The notes under the pieces: generated by a model
Seen by the model: only the letters and a program-made list of their open reading frames with translations
The model's database searches: none
What the model was told of the DNA's origin: nothing
NCBI GenBank assembly: GCA_046046615.1
Contig: JBJOJL010000003.1
Location: 24,173 to 88,172, forward strand
Length of the DNA: 64,000 bases
Direction: 5' to 3'
Source of the DNA: Pseudomonadota bacterium
GTDB lineage: Bacteria; Pseudomonadota; Alphaproteobacteria; Caulobacterales; Caulobacteraceae
Program-made: the position numbers and the translations under genes
In this document: positions 1 through 8,992 of the stretch, piece by piece
How positions within the stretch are numbered: the first letter of the stretch is position 1
How the letters are laid out: the number at the start of each line of letters is the position of its first letter

Positions 1-477
1 CCCGCAGGCCCCGGTCTCAAGGCGGGCGTAGGCGGCGTTGCGCGCCTTGATGAAGTCCGCGCCGGACAGGCCGTTGGTCGCCTTGGCGACGTCGGCCGAG
101 ACGTCGGTGATGGACAGGAGGATTTCGGCCTGCATGCCGGGGCAGGCGCGTTCCTCGGTCCGGGTGCGGGCCAGGAAGCTGTCCTTCACATAGTCGGCGG
201 ACCCCGAGGACAGGTTCTGGGCGCAGTCGACGACGCAGTGCTGGTTGGTGAGGACCAGGCCGTCGGGCGAGACCAGGGAGGCCGAGCAGCCGCTGGTCAG
301 CCGGACCGAGGCGGCCTGGACGCGGTCGAGCCACTTCTGGTCGACCTTCACGCCCAGGGATTGCTCCACCCGGGCCGAGGGGAAGGCGTCGAAGGTCCAC
401 ATGCCCTCGTCCGCACGGGCGACGGCGGGAAGGCAGAGGGCGGCGGCGGCGAGGGCGCCGGCGAGCTTGAAGGTCAT
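1..477 (-). CDS. S46 family dipeptidyl peptidase, N-terminal part only (runs off the window edge)
   Basis: Manual translation of the minus strand, absent from the ORF track: MTFKLAGALAAAALCLPAVARA-DEGMWTFDAFP...SGCSASLVSPDGLVLTNQHCV. Signal peptide, DEGMW and TNxHC are characteristic of S46/DPP7. Alternative ATG at 489. Confidence 0.85.
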   Translation of the reverse strand, partial: MTFKLAGALAAAALCLPAVARADEGMWTFDAFPSARVEQSLGVKVDQKWLDRVQAASVRLTSGCSASLVSPDGLVLTNQHCVVDCAQNLSSGSADYVKDSFLARTRTEERACPGMQAEILLSITDVSADVAKATNGLSGADFIKARNAAYARLETGACG

Positions 478-668
478 GTGCGCATCCATTTGCGCCCGGG
501 AGGGGCGCCGATGTCGCTTTCTAGCGAGCCGCAGCGACAGGGGCCACCCCCCGGAGCTCTCCGATCCACAGGCCCCGGCGGCGGGAGGGGGCCGGAGGAG
601 ACAGCCTTACCTTCGATTAACACAGCCGGTGGGAAGGTGCTTCCCGGGGAGGTCCCCGCGGAGCGCCC

Positions 669-1811
669 ATGTCCCTGGCCCTGGCCACGCTGCTGCACGA
701 ATGGCGACGGTATCTTGCCGCCGTGATCGCGCTCGCGTTCTCGGGGGTGCTGATCCTGTCCCAGCTCGGGCTCATGACGGGAATCCTGCGCGCCTACACC
801 GCCACACTCGACCGCTCGCCCGCCGAGATCATCATCCTTCCGCCAAAGGCCCAGAGCCTGATGGGAACCACCGAGGCGGAACTGCCCAGCCGGATCCGCC
901 CGAGGATGTACCTGCATCCGGATGTCGAGGCCGTGGACACCTGGGAGGACAAGGTGGCCGACTGGACCAACATGCCGAAGGCGGGGGAACCGCAGGTGCG
1001 GACCTACACCCGGTTGGCCATGGTCGATCCGGCGCCCGGCTCCGTCACCCTGCCCGTGGATTTTCCAGAAAGCGCAAGGCGCGCCCTCGAGGCGCCCCTC
1101 TCCGTGGTCGTGGATGTGTCCGCCCTGCCGAAACTTGGCGTCGCGATCGGCGACCCCGTCATCGTCCGGGGCCAGACCCTGCAGGTTGCGGCCGTGGTGT
1201 CCGGCTACGCCAACATCGAGCTCCCGACGGTCTTCGTGTCCCGGGACACGCTGATCCGGCTGGGGATGATGACAGGAGGGGACAGGACGGGACTGCTGCT
1301 CCTGAAGGTCCGGGAAGGCGGCGACCCCGCAGGCGTGCGGGACTTCCTCAACGCCTCTGCGAACGGCGAATACAGGGCCTGGCTCCGCGAGGAGCTGTCC
1401 GAGGCCAATGGCGCCGCCTTCATGGAGGAACAGGTCGTCGGCATCCTGCTGGGTTTCTCCGTCATCCTTGCGATCCTCATCGGCGTCGGCATCACCTCCC
1501 AGACCCTGCGCGGGGCGGTGGCCTCCAACATCCGGGAGTTCGCCAGCCTGCGGGCCCTGGGGGTGTCCATGCCCGCCCTGCGCGGCGTGGTGGTGGAGCT
1601 CTCCTTCTGGGTCGGTCTCGCGGGCCTCGCCGCCGCCGCGGTCCTGATGGGATGCGTGCTGGCGGCCGCCCGCGTCATGAACGTGACCATGAGCCTGCCC
1701 CTGGCCTACGTGGGCGCGGTTGCAGTCCTGTTGATGGCCATCTCCCTCGTCTCGGGCTTCCTGTCCCTGGGCGCCCTGTCGCGCAGCCAGCCGGCGGAGT
1801 TGCTCAGATGA
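669..1811 (+). CDS. ABC transporter permease, FtsX/DevC type
   Basis: One N-terminal TM helix, a large periplasmic loop and three C-terminal TM helices. Contains IREFASLRALG and ends PAELLR, both typical of the DevC/MacB family. Confidence 0.85.
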   Translation: MSLALATLLHEWRRYLAAVIALAFSGVLILSQLGLMTGILRAYTATLDRSPAEIIILPPKAQSLMGTTEAELPSRIRPRMYLHPDVEAVDTWEDKVADWTNMPKAGEPQVRTYTRLAMVDPAPGSVTLPVDFPESARRALEAPLSVVVDVSALPKLGVAIGDPVIVRGQTLQVAAVVSGYANIELPTVFVSRDTLIRLGMMTGGDRTGLLLLKVREGGDPAGVRDFLNASANGEYRAWLREELSEANGAAFMEEQVVGILLGFSVILAILIGVGITSQTLRGAVASNIREFASLRALGVSMPALRGVVVELSFWVGLAGLAAAAVLMGCVLAAARVMNVTMSLPLAYVGAVAVLLMAISLVSGFLSLGALSRSQPAELLR

Positions 1812-2506
1812 GCGGCGAGACGGCGATCCGGTCGCAGGGCCTGACCAAGCGCTACCCGTCCGGGAGCGCCACCCTGACCGTCCTGGACCAGGCGGACTTC
1901 GCCGCGCGGAGCGGAGAGATCGCCCTGGTCATGGGGCCCTCGGGCTCGGGAAAATCGACCCTGATTGCGGTGCTCTCGGGGCTCCTGCGCCCCGACGCCG
2001 GATCGGTGAACGCCCTGGGCGTGGACCTGTGGGGTCTCAGGCCCGCCCAGATCGACCGCTTCCGCCTTGAGAACTGCGGCTTCATCTTCCAGGGCTTCAA
2101 CCTGTTCCCCGCCTTGACCGCGCTGGAACAGGTGTCCCAGGTCCTGAGGTTCGCCGGCCGGTCCCCACGGGAGGCCCAGCGGCAGGCGGAGGCCGCCCTA
2201 GACGCCGTGGGCCTGACGCCCCGCCTGTCCCTGCGACCAGCCGAGCTGTCGGGGGGCGAGAAGCAGAGGGTGGCCATCGCCCGCGCCCTGGCCAAGCAGC
2301 CCCGGCTGATCTTCGCCGACGAGCCCACCTCCGCCCTCGACGGCGAGAACGGACAGAGGGTGATCTCCCTCCTGCAGTCCGCCGCCCGCGAGCAGGATGC
2401 GGCGGTGATCTGCGTGACACACGACCACAGACTTGAAGCCTGGGCGGACCGGGTCATCCATATCGAGGATGGCCGGATCGCCGCAGGGGAAGGGGAAACG
2501 CGATGA
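1808..2506 (+). CDS. ABC transporter ATP-binding protein (DevA/LolD-like)
   Basis: C-terminal part of ORF 245..2506; the real start ATG 1808 overlaps the permease stop (ATGA). Walker A GPSGSGKST, signature LSGGEKQ, Walker B IFADE. Confidence 0.92.
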   Translation: MSGETAIRSQGLTKRYPSGSATLTVLDQADFAARSGEIALVMGPSGSGKSTLIAVLSGLLRPDAGSVNALGVDLWGLRPAQIDRFRLENCGFIFQGFNLFPALTALEQVSQVLRFAGRSPREAQRQAEAALDAVGLTPRLSLRPAELSGGEKQRVAIARALAKQPRLIFADEPTSALDGENGQRVISLLQSAAREQDAAVICVTHDHRLEAWADRVIHIEDGRIAAGEGETR

Positions 2507-3450
2507 CAGGCCTTCTGCGCAAACCCGTGGCGTGGGTCCTGGCCCTGATGCTGGCGGGAGGCGCCGGCCTCGCCGCCTGGCGGACGCTGGGCGGACAGGA
2601 GCCTGTCGCCCCCGTCGCGCCGCCCTCGCCCTACGCGGCGGCGGCGAACGGCAAGGTCGACGTGGAGGGCGGCATGATCCAGGTCGCCGCCCGTCGCGCA
2701 GGGATCATCCGGGACGTCCTGGTCAACGAGGGCGACGACGTCGTGCGCGGGCAGGTCCTGGCCCGGCAGGAGGACGAAGAGCCCCGCCTCGCCGCCGGAC
2801 GGGCCTCGGCGGCCCTTGGCGAGGCGCGCGCGCGGATCACCGCCCTGGAGGTCGCGGTCTCGACGGCGAAGCGCGAGCGCGAGCGCCTGCAGGGCCTCGT
2901 CGGCTCGAATTTCGTGGCGGCCCAGAGGCTGGACCAGGCCGAGGACCAGGTGCGCCAGGCTGAAGCCGAACTGGCTGCGGGCCAGGCCTCCGTGGACACC
3001 GCCCGGGCGGCCCTGGCCCAGGCCCAGTACGAACTGGAGCTGACCGTCGTCCGAGCGCCGGTCGATGGCCGGATCGCCCGCCGCTACGCCAATCCCGGCG
3101 GCGGCGCCTCGACCCTGAACGTCTCCACCCTCTTCGACCTGGAGCCCCGCGCGCCCCGGATCGTGCGGGTGGAGGTGACCGAAGGCGCCTTGCCTTCCGT
3201 CTCCGTGGGGCAGGCTGTCCAGATCAGCCCCGAGGCGACGCCCGCCACGATCCATCCAGGGAAGGTGGCGCGCATCTCCGCCGTCTTCGGCGCCCGCAGG
3301 CTGCAGTCGGACGATCCCTCGGAACGCAAGGATGAGCGGGTGGTCGAAGTGGTGGTCACCGCCGACGGCGCGCCCCTGCTGATCGGCCAACGCGTGCTGG
3401 TGCGGTTCCTGAAGCCCGGCGCGAAGGCCGCGCCCGCCGCGGCTTCTTGA
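2503..3450 (+). CDS. HlyD/DevB family periplasmic adaptor (membrane fusion protein)
   Basis: N-terminal TM helix, lipoyl-like motifs (VLVNEGDDVVRGQVLA; VRAPVDGRI) and an alanine-rich coiled coil. ATGA overlap with the ATPase gene. Confidence 0.88.
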   Translation: MTGLLRKPVAWVLALMLAGGAGLAAWRTLGGQEPVAPVAPPSPYAAAANGKVDVEGGMIQVAARRAGIIRDVLVNEGDDVVRGQVLARQEDEEPRLAAGRASAALGEARARITALEVAVSTAKRERERLQGLVGSNFVAAQRLDQAEDQVRQAEAELAAGQASVDTARAALAQAQYELELTVVRAPVDGRIARRYANPGGGASTLNVSTLFDLEPRAPRIVRVEVTEGALPSVSVGQAVQISPEATPATIHPGKVARISAVFGARRLQSDDPSERKDERVVEVVVTADGAPLLIGQRVLVRFLKPGAKAAPAAAS

Positions 3451-3510
3451 CGACCGGCCCCGGCCGCCGCACAACCCGCCCGACTTCAATTCTGGGCAGG
3501 GAGCCTTCTC

Positions 3511-4416
3511 ATGGCTGACATCCGTTTCGACGGTAAGGTGGCGATTGTCACGGGCGCGGGCGGCGGCCTCGGCCGCCAGCACGCCCTTGAGCTGGCCCGG
3601 CGGGGCGCCAAGGTGGTGGTCAACGACCTTGGCGGATCGGTCGACGGCTCCGGCGGCTCCTCCGCCGCGGCCGAGGCGGTCGTGGCCGAGATCAAGGCCT
3701 TCGGCGGCGAGGCCATCGCCAACGGCAGTTCGGTGACCGACGACGCCGGCGTCGCCAACATGGTCAAGCAGGCCATGGACGCCTGGGGCCGGATCGACAT
3801 CCTGGTCGCCAACGCCGGCATCCTGCGGGACAAGACCTTCTCGAAGATGGAGATGTCCGACTTCGAAGCGGTCATGAACGTCCACGTCATGGGCACGGTG
3901 AAGCCGGCCAAGGCGGTCTGGGAGATCATGAAGGCCCAGAACTACGGGCGGATCGTGGTGACCACCTCCTCCACCGGCCTCTATGGCAACTTCGGCCAGG
4001 CGAACTACGGCGCCGCCAAGCTGGCCCTGATCGGCTTCATGAACACCCTCAAGCTCGAGGGCCAGAAGAACAACATCCACGTCAACGCCATCAGCCCGGT
4101 GGCCGCCACCCGGATGACCGAGAACCTGATGCCGGCCGAGGTCCTGGAAAAGCTGAAGCCGGAGTACGTGACCCCGGCCGTGGTCTTCCTGGTGTCCGAG
4201 GAGGCCCCGACGGGCGTGATCCTGACCGCGGGGGCCGGCGCCTTCGCCCAGGCCCGGATCTACGAGACCGAGGGCGTCTATCTCGGCGAAGGCGGCCTCT
4301 CCGTCGAGGAGCTCCGCGACAACTTCGGCCGCATCACCGACCCCGCCGGCCAGAAGGCCTACCTGAACGGCGGCGAGCAGAGCGGGAAGTTCTTCCGCAA
4401 GATGCAGGGCGGCTGA
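3511..4416 (+). CDS. SDR family oxidoreductase, (3R)-hydroxyacyl-CoA dehydrogenase / MFE-2-like
   Basis: TGAGGGLG, VVVNDLGG, NAGILRD and YGAAK motifs. SD-like GGGAG upstream. Confidence 0.9.
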   Translation: MADIRFDGKVAIVTGAGGGLGRQHALELARRGAKVVVNDLGGSVDGSGGSSAAAEAVVAEIKAFGGEAIANGSSVTDDAGVANMVKQAMDAWGRIDILVANAGILRDKTFSKMEMSDFEAVMNVHVMGTVKPAKAVWEIMKAQNYGRIVVTTSSTGLYGNFGQANYGAAKLALIGFMNTLKLEGQKNNIHVNAISPVAATRMTENLMPAEVLEKLKPEYVTPAVVFLVSEEAPTGVILTAGAGAFAQARIYETEGVYLGEGGLSVEELRDNFGRITDPAGQKAYLNGGEQSGKFFRKMQGG

Positions 4417-4519
4417 CGCCGGAGGCGGGCCGGAGATTCCCCCTTGCCCTGACAGGGGGAACCCGGCCTATCCTTGCCCTGACCCGGGAACACCGGGCGA
4501 GGGTGGGGAGGAGTCAAGC

Positions 4520-5956
4520 GTGTCCAACGTGAACCGGCCGACGGCGAGCAACAACCTGAGCCTGCCGGCGGCCCTGGCCTTCGCCGCGATCAGCCTGCCG
4601 CTGGCTGCCCTGGGCCTCTCGGTGGGCGTTCAGCTGCCGCCCTATTTCGCCAGCCAGTTGGGCGTCAGCCTGGCGGTTGTCGGCGGGGCCTTCGGCATCG
4701 TCCGGCTCCTGGACATCTGGCTGGACCCGATCATCGGCCTGGGCATGGACCGGACGCGGACCCGTTTCGGCCGCTACAGGGTCTGGATGGTGGCCGGAGC
4801 GCCGCTCCTGATCGTCGCCGTCTACATGCTCTACAATGCGCCCAAGGGCGCGACGCAGGTCTACCTGATCATCTGGCTGCTCGCGATGTACCTGGGCCAG
4901 TCGATCATGGGCCTGTCCCACTCCGCCTGGGCCGCGGTCCTGGCCAAAAGCTATGAACAGAGGTCACGGATCTTCGGCGTGCTCACGGCCGTGGGCGTGA
5001 TCGGCTCGCTGACCGCCCTGGCGATCCCGATTCTCCTGGAACAGGCTGGCGCCAAGGGGATCAACCCGATCCAGGCCGTAGGCTGGTTCGTGATCGCCAT
5101 GATCCCGATCACCCTCCTGATCGCCGTGATCCCGACCCCCGAGACCATCAACAGGGATGACGGGGCGCACTTCACCCTGGCCGACTACGCCAAGCTGTTC
5201 AGCCGTGGAAACGTCATCCGGATCCTGGCTGCGGACCTCTTTGTCACCCTGGGTCCCGGCTGGATGGCCGCGCTCTACATGTTCTTCTTCACCAGCACCC
5301 GGGGCTTCTCGCAGACCGGCGCCAGCCTGCTGCTGATGGTCTACATCGTCGCCGGCTTCGTGGGCGCGCCGCTCACCGCGGCCCTGGCCAACCGCATCAG
5401 CAAGCACCGGGCCCTGATGCTGACGACCACCCTCTACTCCCTCGGCCTGATCTTGCTCCTGTTCCTGCCAAAGGGGAGTTTCGCCTGGTTCGTACCGGCC
5501 ATGGCCGTCGAAGGCGCCCTGGCCGCCGGGTTCGGGGTCATGACCCGGGCCATCACCGCCGACATCGGTGACGAGCTGCGCCTCGAGGGCGGCCGGGAGC
5601 AGATCGGCCTGCTCTACGCCCTGACGGCCGCGACCAGCAAGCTGGCCGGCGCCTTCTCCATATTCCTGACCTTCAACGTCCTGGCCCTGGTCGGCTACGA
5701 CGCCAAGGTCGGCGCAAAGAACACCCCCGAGCAGATCCTCGGCCTGGAGCTCGCCTACATCGTCGGCCCCATCCTCTTCGTCATGCTCGCGGGCGCCTGC
5801 TTCATCGGCTACAAGCTGGACGCCACGCGGCATGCGGAAATCCGCCGCCAGCTGGACGAGCGCGACGGCCACACCGAGGTGGCCTACGACGAGGCCGCGG
5901 TGCTGGAAGGCCTGACCGGCGAGCCCGGCGGCCACTCCTCCGTGGACCGGCGATAG
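4520..5956 (+). CDS. MFS transporter, GPH/MelB (Na+/sugar symporter) type
   Basis: About 12 TM segments, DPIIGLGMDRTRTRFGRYRVW motif. GTG start after GGGAGGAG. Confidence 0.85.
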   Translation: MSNVNRPTASNNLSLPAALAFAAISLPLAALGLSVGVQLPPYFASQLGVSLAVVGGAFGIVRLLDIWLDPIIGLGMDRTRTRFGRYRVWMVAGAPLLIVAVYMLYNAPKGATQVYLIIWLLAMYLGQSIMGLSHSAWAAVLAKSYEQRSRIFGVLTAVGVIGSLTALAIPILLEQAGAKGINPIQAVGWFVIAMIPITLLIAVIPTPETINRDDGAHFTLADYAKLFSRGNVIRILAADLFVTLGPGWMAALYMFFFTSTRGFSQTGASLLLMVYIVAGFVGAPLTAALANRISKHRALMLTTTLYSLGLILLLFLPKGSFAWFVPAMAVEGALAAGFGVMTRAITADIGDELRLEGGREQIGLLYALTAATSKLAGAFSIFLTFNVLALVGYDAKVGAKNTPEQILGLELAYIVGPILFVMLAGACFIGYKLDATRHAEIRRQLDERDGHTEVAYDEAAVLEGLTGEPGGHSSVDRR

Positions 5957-6028
5957 GGTCCGACACCCAGGAGACCGGCCCAGGCGGCTTCCCGCTGGAT
6001 GGGGCCGAAGAGGGACGGCTCAGAGGCC

Positions 6029-6140
6029 GTTGACCCCCTCAGCCGGCTTCGCCGGCAGCTCCCCCTTGGGGGAGCAATTGGCTCTGTAATTCCTCCCCCC
6101 AGGGGGAGGTGGACCGCGCAGCGGGCCGGAGGGGGTCAAC
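6029..6140. repeat. Palindromic intergenic repeat (REP-doublet / CIR-like), copy 1
   Basis: 12-bp terminal inverted repeats GTTGACCCCCTC...GAGGGGGTCAAC, with internal hairpins GCCGGC-TTC-GCCGGC, GCTCCCCC-TT-GGGGGAGC and CCTCCCCC...GGGGGAGG. Related to 11921..12041 in the opposite orientation. Confidence 0.85.
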
Positions 6141-6182
6141 AGCGGGGCAGCTGACCCCCGGCGCTCCCCCTTTGGTTCTGCT

Positions 6183-7316
6183 TCAGGCGACCGCAGCCGC
6201 GAGGGCGGCGAAGGCGCGGGACGAGGCGCTGTCGGGATGGGAGAGCACCCCGGGCCGGCCTTCATCGCAAGCGGCCCGCAGGGGGGTCTCGAGGGGGATC
6301 TCGGCCAGCAAGGGCACGCCCAGGCGCACGGCCTCGGCCCTCGCCCCGCCCTCGCCGAAGATGGGGATGCGGGCGCCGGTGGAGGGCTCCTGGAACCAGG
6401 CCATGTTCTCGACCACGCCCAGCAGGGGCGTCTCGGTCTTGCGGAACATGGCGGCGGCCCGCCGGGCGTCGATCAGGGCGATTTCCTGCGGGGTGGAGAT
6501 GATGAGGACCCCGTCGATCTTCAGCTTCTGGACGAGGGTCAGCTGGATGTCGCCGGTGCCAGGCGGCAGGTCGACGACCAAAACGTCGAGGGGCGCGGCC
6601 TCGGTTCCCCAGAGGACATCCTGGACCATCTGGCGCGCGGCGGAGGAGGCCATGGGGCCGCGCCAGATCATGGGCGAGCCCTCGTCCACGAGAAAGCCGA
6701 TGGACATGACCTTCACGCCCCAGGCCTCCAGGGGCACGAGCTTCTTGTCGGCGTTGAAGGCGGGCCGGGAGTCCAGGCCCATCATGCGCGGGGCCGAGGG
6801 GCCGTAGACGTCGGCGTCAAGCAGGCCCACCGACAGGCCGCGGGCGGCCAGGGCGGCGGCCAGGTTGACCGAGATGGTGGACTTGCCCACCCCGCCCTTG
6901 CCGCTGGCGACGGCGATGACCCGGCGGACATGGGGCGGGCGGACGGCCTCGCCGGAGGGGGCCGGCCGGGCGACGGGATCCTCGGAGACGCGGGCGGCGG
7001 TGCGACGCTGGGGCGCGGCGCCCACGGGGGTGACGGTGGCGCTGGGCCGGCCGGCGGGGGCCTCGGAGGTCAGGACAACCTGGGCGCGGGCTACACCAGG
7101 CAGGCCGGCGATCAGGGCCTCGGCGGCGTCGCGCACCGGCTTGTAGAGGTCGACCTCGCCCGCAGGGACCTCCAGCATGAAGCCCGCGCGTCCGGGGGCG
7201 AGGATCAGGCCCCGGACGAGGCCGGCGGCGTTGAGGCCCTGGCCGGACTTGGGGTCCTTGATGCCGTCGAGGGCCGTCAGCAGGGTCGCGCGGTCGATCG
7301 GTGCTTCAGCGGTCAT
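6183..7316 (-). CDS. apbC: Mrp/ApbC (NBP35) Fe-S cluster carrier ATPase
   Basis: N-terminal DUF59-like domain (IKDPKSG), deviant Walker A GKGGVGKST, DADVYGPS and DLPPGTGD. Start set at ATG 7316 (MTAEAPID). Confidence 0.92.
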   Translation of the reverse strand: MTAEAPIDRATLLTALDGIKDPKSGQGLNAAGLVRGLILAPGRAGFMLEVPAGEVDLYKPVRDAAEALIAGLPGVARAQVVLTSEAPAGRPSATVTPVGAAPQRRTAARVSEDPVARPAPSGEAVRPPHVRRVIAVASGKGGVGKSTISVNLAAALAARGLSVGLLDADVYGPSAPRMMGLDSRPAFNADKKLVPLEAWGVKVMSIGFLVDEGSPMIWRGPMASSAARQMVQDVLWGTEAAPLDVLVVDLPPGTGDIQLTLVQKLKIDGVLIISTPQEIALIDARRAAAMFRKTETPLLGVVENMAWFQEPSTGARIPIFGEGGARAEAVRLGVPLLAEIPLETPLRAACDEGRPGVLSHPDSASSRAFAALAAAVA

Positions 7317-7419
7317 CAGGGTCCCCTCCGGCGCAAGCCTTCCATATCCGGTCGCCGGCCGGGGAAGACAAGGGGCGAGGTCCCTTGCCGGGAAGGCGGA
7401 GGCGGCCGACAAGGGGGTC

Positions 7420-8094
7420 ATGCCCCTGCCCCGCCCGCCCCGCGCCGTTGTCTTTGACATGGACGGCCTGCTCTTCGACACCGAGACCCTCTATCGCGAC
7501 GCGCTCGGCGCCGCCGCCCGGGACATGGGTCGACACATGCCCGACCCCCTCTTCCAAAGCCTGATCGGCCTGCCGGGAGAGAGCAGCCGCCGGCTGCTGC
7601 TGGACCACTTCGGCGAGACCTTCGACGTGGACCACCTGTGGGACGCCTCGTCCGCGCACTTCCACGCCATCGCCCGGGGGCAGGACTTCCTGAAGGCGGG
7701 GGTCCGGGAGGTCCTTGAACTCCTCGACCAGCTGGACATGCCCCGGGCCATCGCCACCTCGTCGCGGCACGAGGACGTGGCCTTCAACCTGGGCCGGCAT
7801 GGACTGGAAGGCCGGTTCCACGCCGTCGCGGCCCGGGGCGATTATCCGCGCGGCAAGCCCCACCCCGATCCCTTCCTCGTTGCCGCTGGATGGCTGGGCG
7901 TCGATCCCGCGGACTGCCTGGCCCTGGAGGACAGCCATAACGGCGTCCGGTCAGCGGCGGCGGCCGGCATGATGACGGTGATGATCCCGGACCTGCTGGC
8001 GCCGACCGACGAGATGGACGCCCTGTGCGCGCGGATCGTGGAGGACCTGCACGCCGCCGCCGACCTGATCCGCCTGAGCCTGGGCGCGGCCTGA
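7420..8094 (+). CDS. HAD family phosphatase (subfamily IA)
   Basis: DMDGLLFDT motif I, ATSS, GKPHPD and LEDS motifs. ATG at 7420. Confidence 0.88.
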   Translation: MPLPRPPRAVVFDMDGLLFDTETLYRDALGAAARDMGRHMPDPLFQSLIGLPGESSRRLLLDHFGETFDVDHLWDASSAHFHAIARGQDFLKAGVREVLELLDQLDMPRAIATSSRHEDVAFNLGRHGLEGRFHAVAARGDYPRGKPHPDPFLVAAGWLGVDPADCLALEDSHNGVRSAAAAGMMTVMIPDLLAPTDEMDALCARIVEDLHAAADLIRLSLGAA

Positions 8095-8098
8095 GGTC

Positions 8099-8992
8099 TC
8101 AGTCGAGGACGAACTCGGCCTCTGTGAAGCCCATGAAGTAAAGGGCTGCGGTGAGGTCGGCGTGGTCGATCTGGGCGTCGGCCTGGGCCGCCACCACGGG
8201 CTTGGCGCGGTAGGCCAGGCCCAGGCCCGCGGCGCCGATCATGGCCAGGTCGTTGGCGCCGTCGCCGATGGCGGCGGTCTGGGACAGGTCGAGGCCCAGG
8301 CGGGCGGCTTCGGAGACCAGGGCGGCCAGCTTGGCCTCGCGCCCGAGGATGGGCGCCTCGACCTCGCCGGTCAGATGCCCGTCGGCGACACCGAACCGAT
8401 TGGCGCGGTCTTCATGGAACCCGGCCTGGATCGCCACCTTGCGGGTGAAGAATTCGAAGCCGCCCGACACCAGGAGGCAGTGCGCGCCGGAGGCCGCGAG
8501 GGTGCGCACGAAGGTGCGCGCGCCGGGATTGAGGCGGACGCGCTCGGCATAGGCCCGCTCGAGCTGGGACTCCGGCAGGCCGGCCAGCATGGCGACCCGT
8601 TCGCGAAGGGCGCCCTCGAACTCCAGCTCGCCGCGCATGGCGCGCTCGGTGATGGCGGCCACCTCGGCCTTGCGGCCGGCGAAGTCCGCCAATTCGTCCA
8701 GGCACTCGCAGGCGATGATGGTGCTGTCCATGTCGGCCAGGAGGAGGCGCTTGCGACGCCCCTCTGCAGGCTGGACGCAGAGGTCCACGGGCAGGCCGGC
8801 GGCGGCCTCAAGGGCGGCCCGGCGCAGGTCCTGGAGGTCTGCGGGATCGAGGCGGAGCTCGCGCGCCGCCGGGCCCGGCGCCGCCGCCGGCTTGACGGGG
8901 CGCCCCCGGGCTGCGAGCGCTTCGACAATGCGACCCACGGCGGCGTCCGCCGCAGCTGGGTCCTGGCCGACAAGGGTAAGCGCGATCTGCAT
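8099..8992 (-). CDS. serB: Phosphoserine phosphatase SerB
   Basis: LLADMDSTII, ITERAMRGEL, VSGGF and GDGANDL motifs. Start MQIALTLV at 8992. Confidence 0.93.
   Translation of the reverse strand: MQIALTLVGQDPAAADAAVGRIVEALAARGRPVKPAAAPGPAARELRLDPADLQDLRRAALEAAAGLPVDLCVQPAEGRRKRLLLADMDSTIIACECLDELADFAGRKAEVAAITERAMRGELEFEGALRERVAMLAGLPESQLERAYAERVRLNPGARTFVRTLAASGAHCLLVSGGFEFFTRKVAIQAGFHEDRANRFGVADGHLTGEVEAPILGREAKLAALVSEAARLGLDLSQTAAIGDGANDLAMIGAAGLGLAYRAKPVVAAQADAQIDHADLTAALYFMGFTEAEFVLD

Noticed and set aside
490-668. Possible RiPP precursor or riboswitch between the S46 peptidase and the ABC exporter
   Set aside because: The only short ORF (from ATG 511) is Pro/Gly-rich and runs into the permease gene. 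A TGTCGCT/AGCGACA hairpin is present, but there is no recognisable riboswitch core or modification enzyme nearby.
245-1807. N-terminal 520 aa of the 753-aa ORF 245..2506
   Set aside because: Low-complexity Arg/Pro/Gly shadow of the permease frame. The real ATPase starts at ATG 1808.
1852-4080. Long antisense ORFs here and throughout (e.g. 19661..21076, 21868..23565, 43459..44955, 45020..46867, 53282..54730, 54945..57563)
   Set aside because: Typical stop-poor antisense frames of GC-rich genes. They lie opposite well-supported genes and carry no recognisable motifs.
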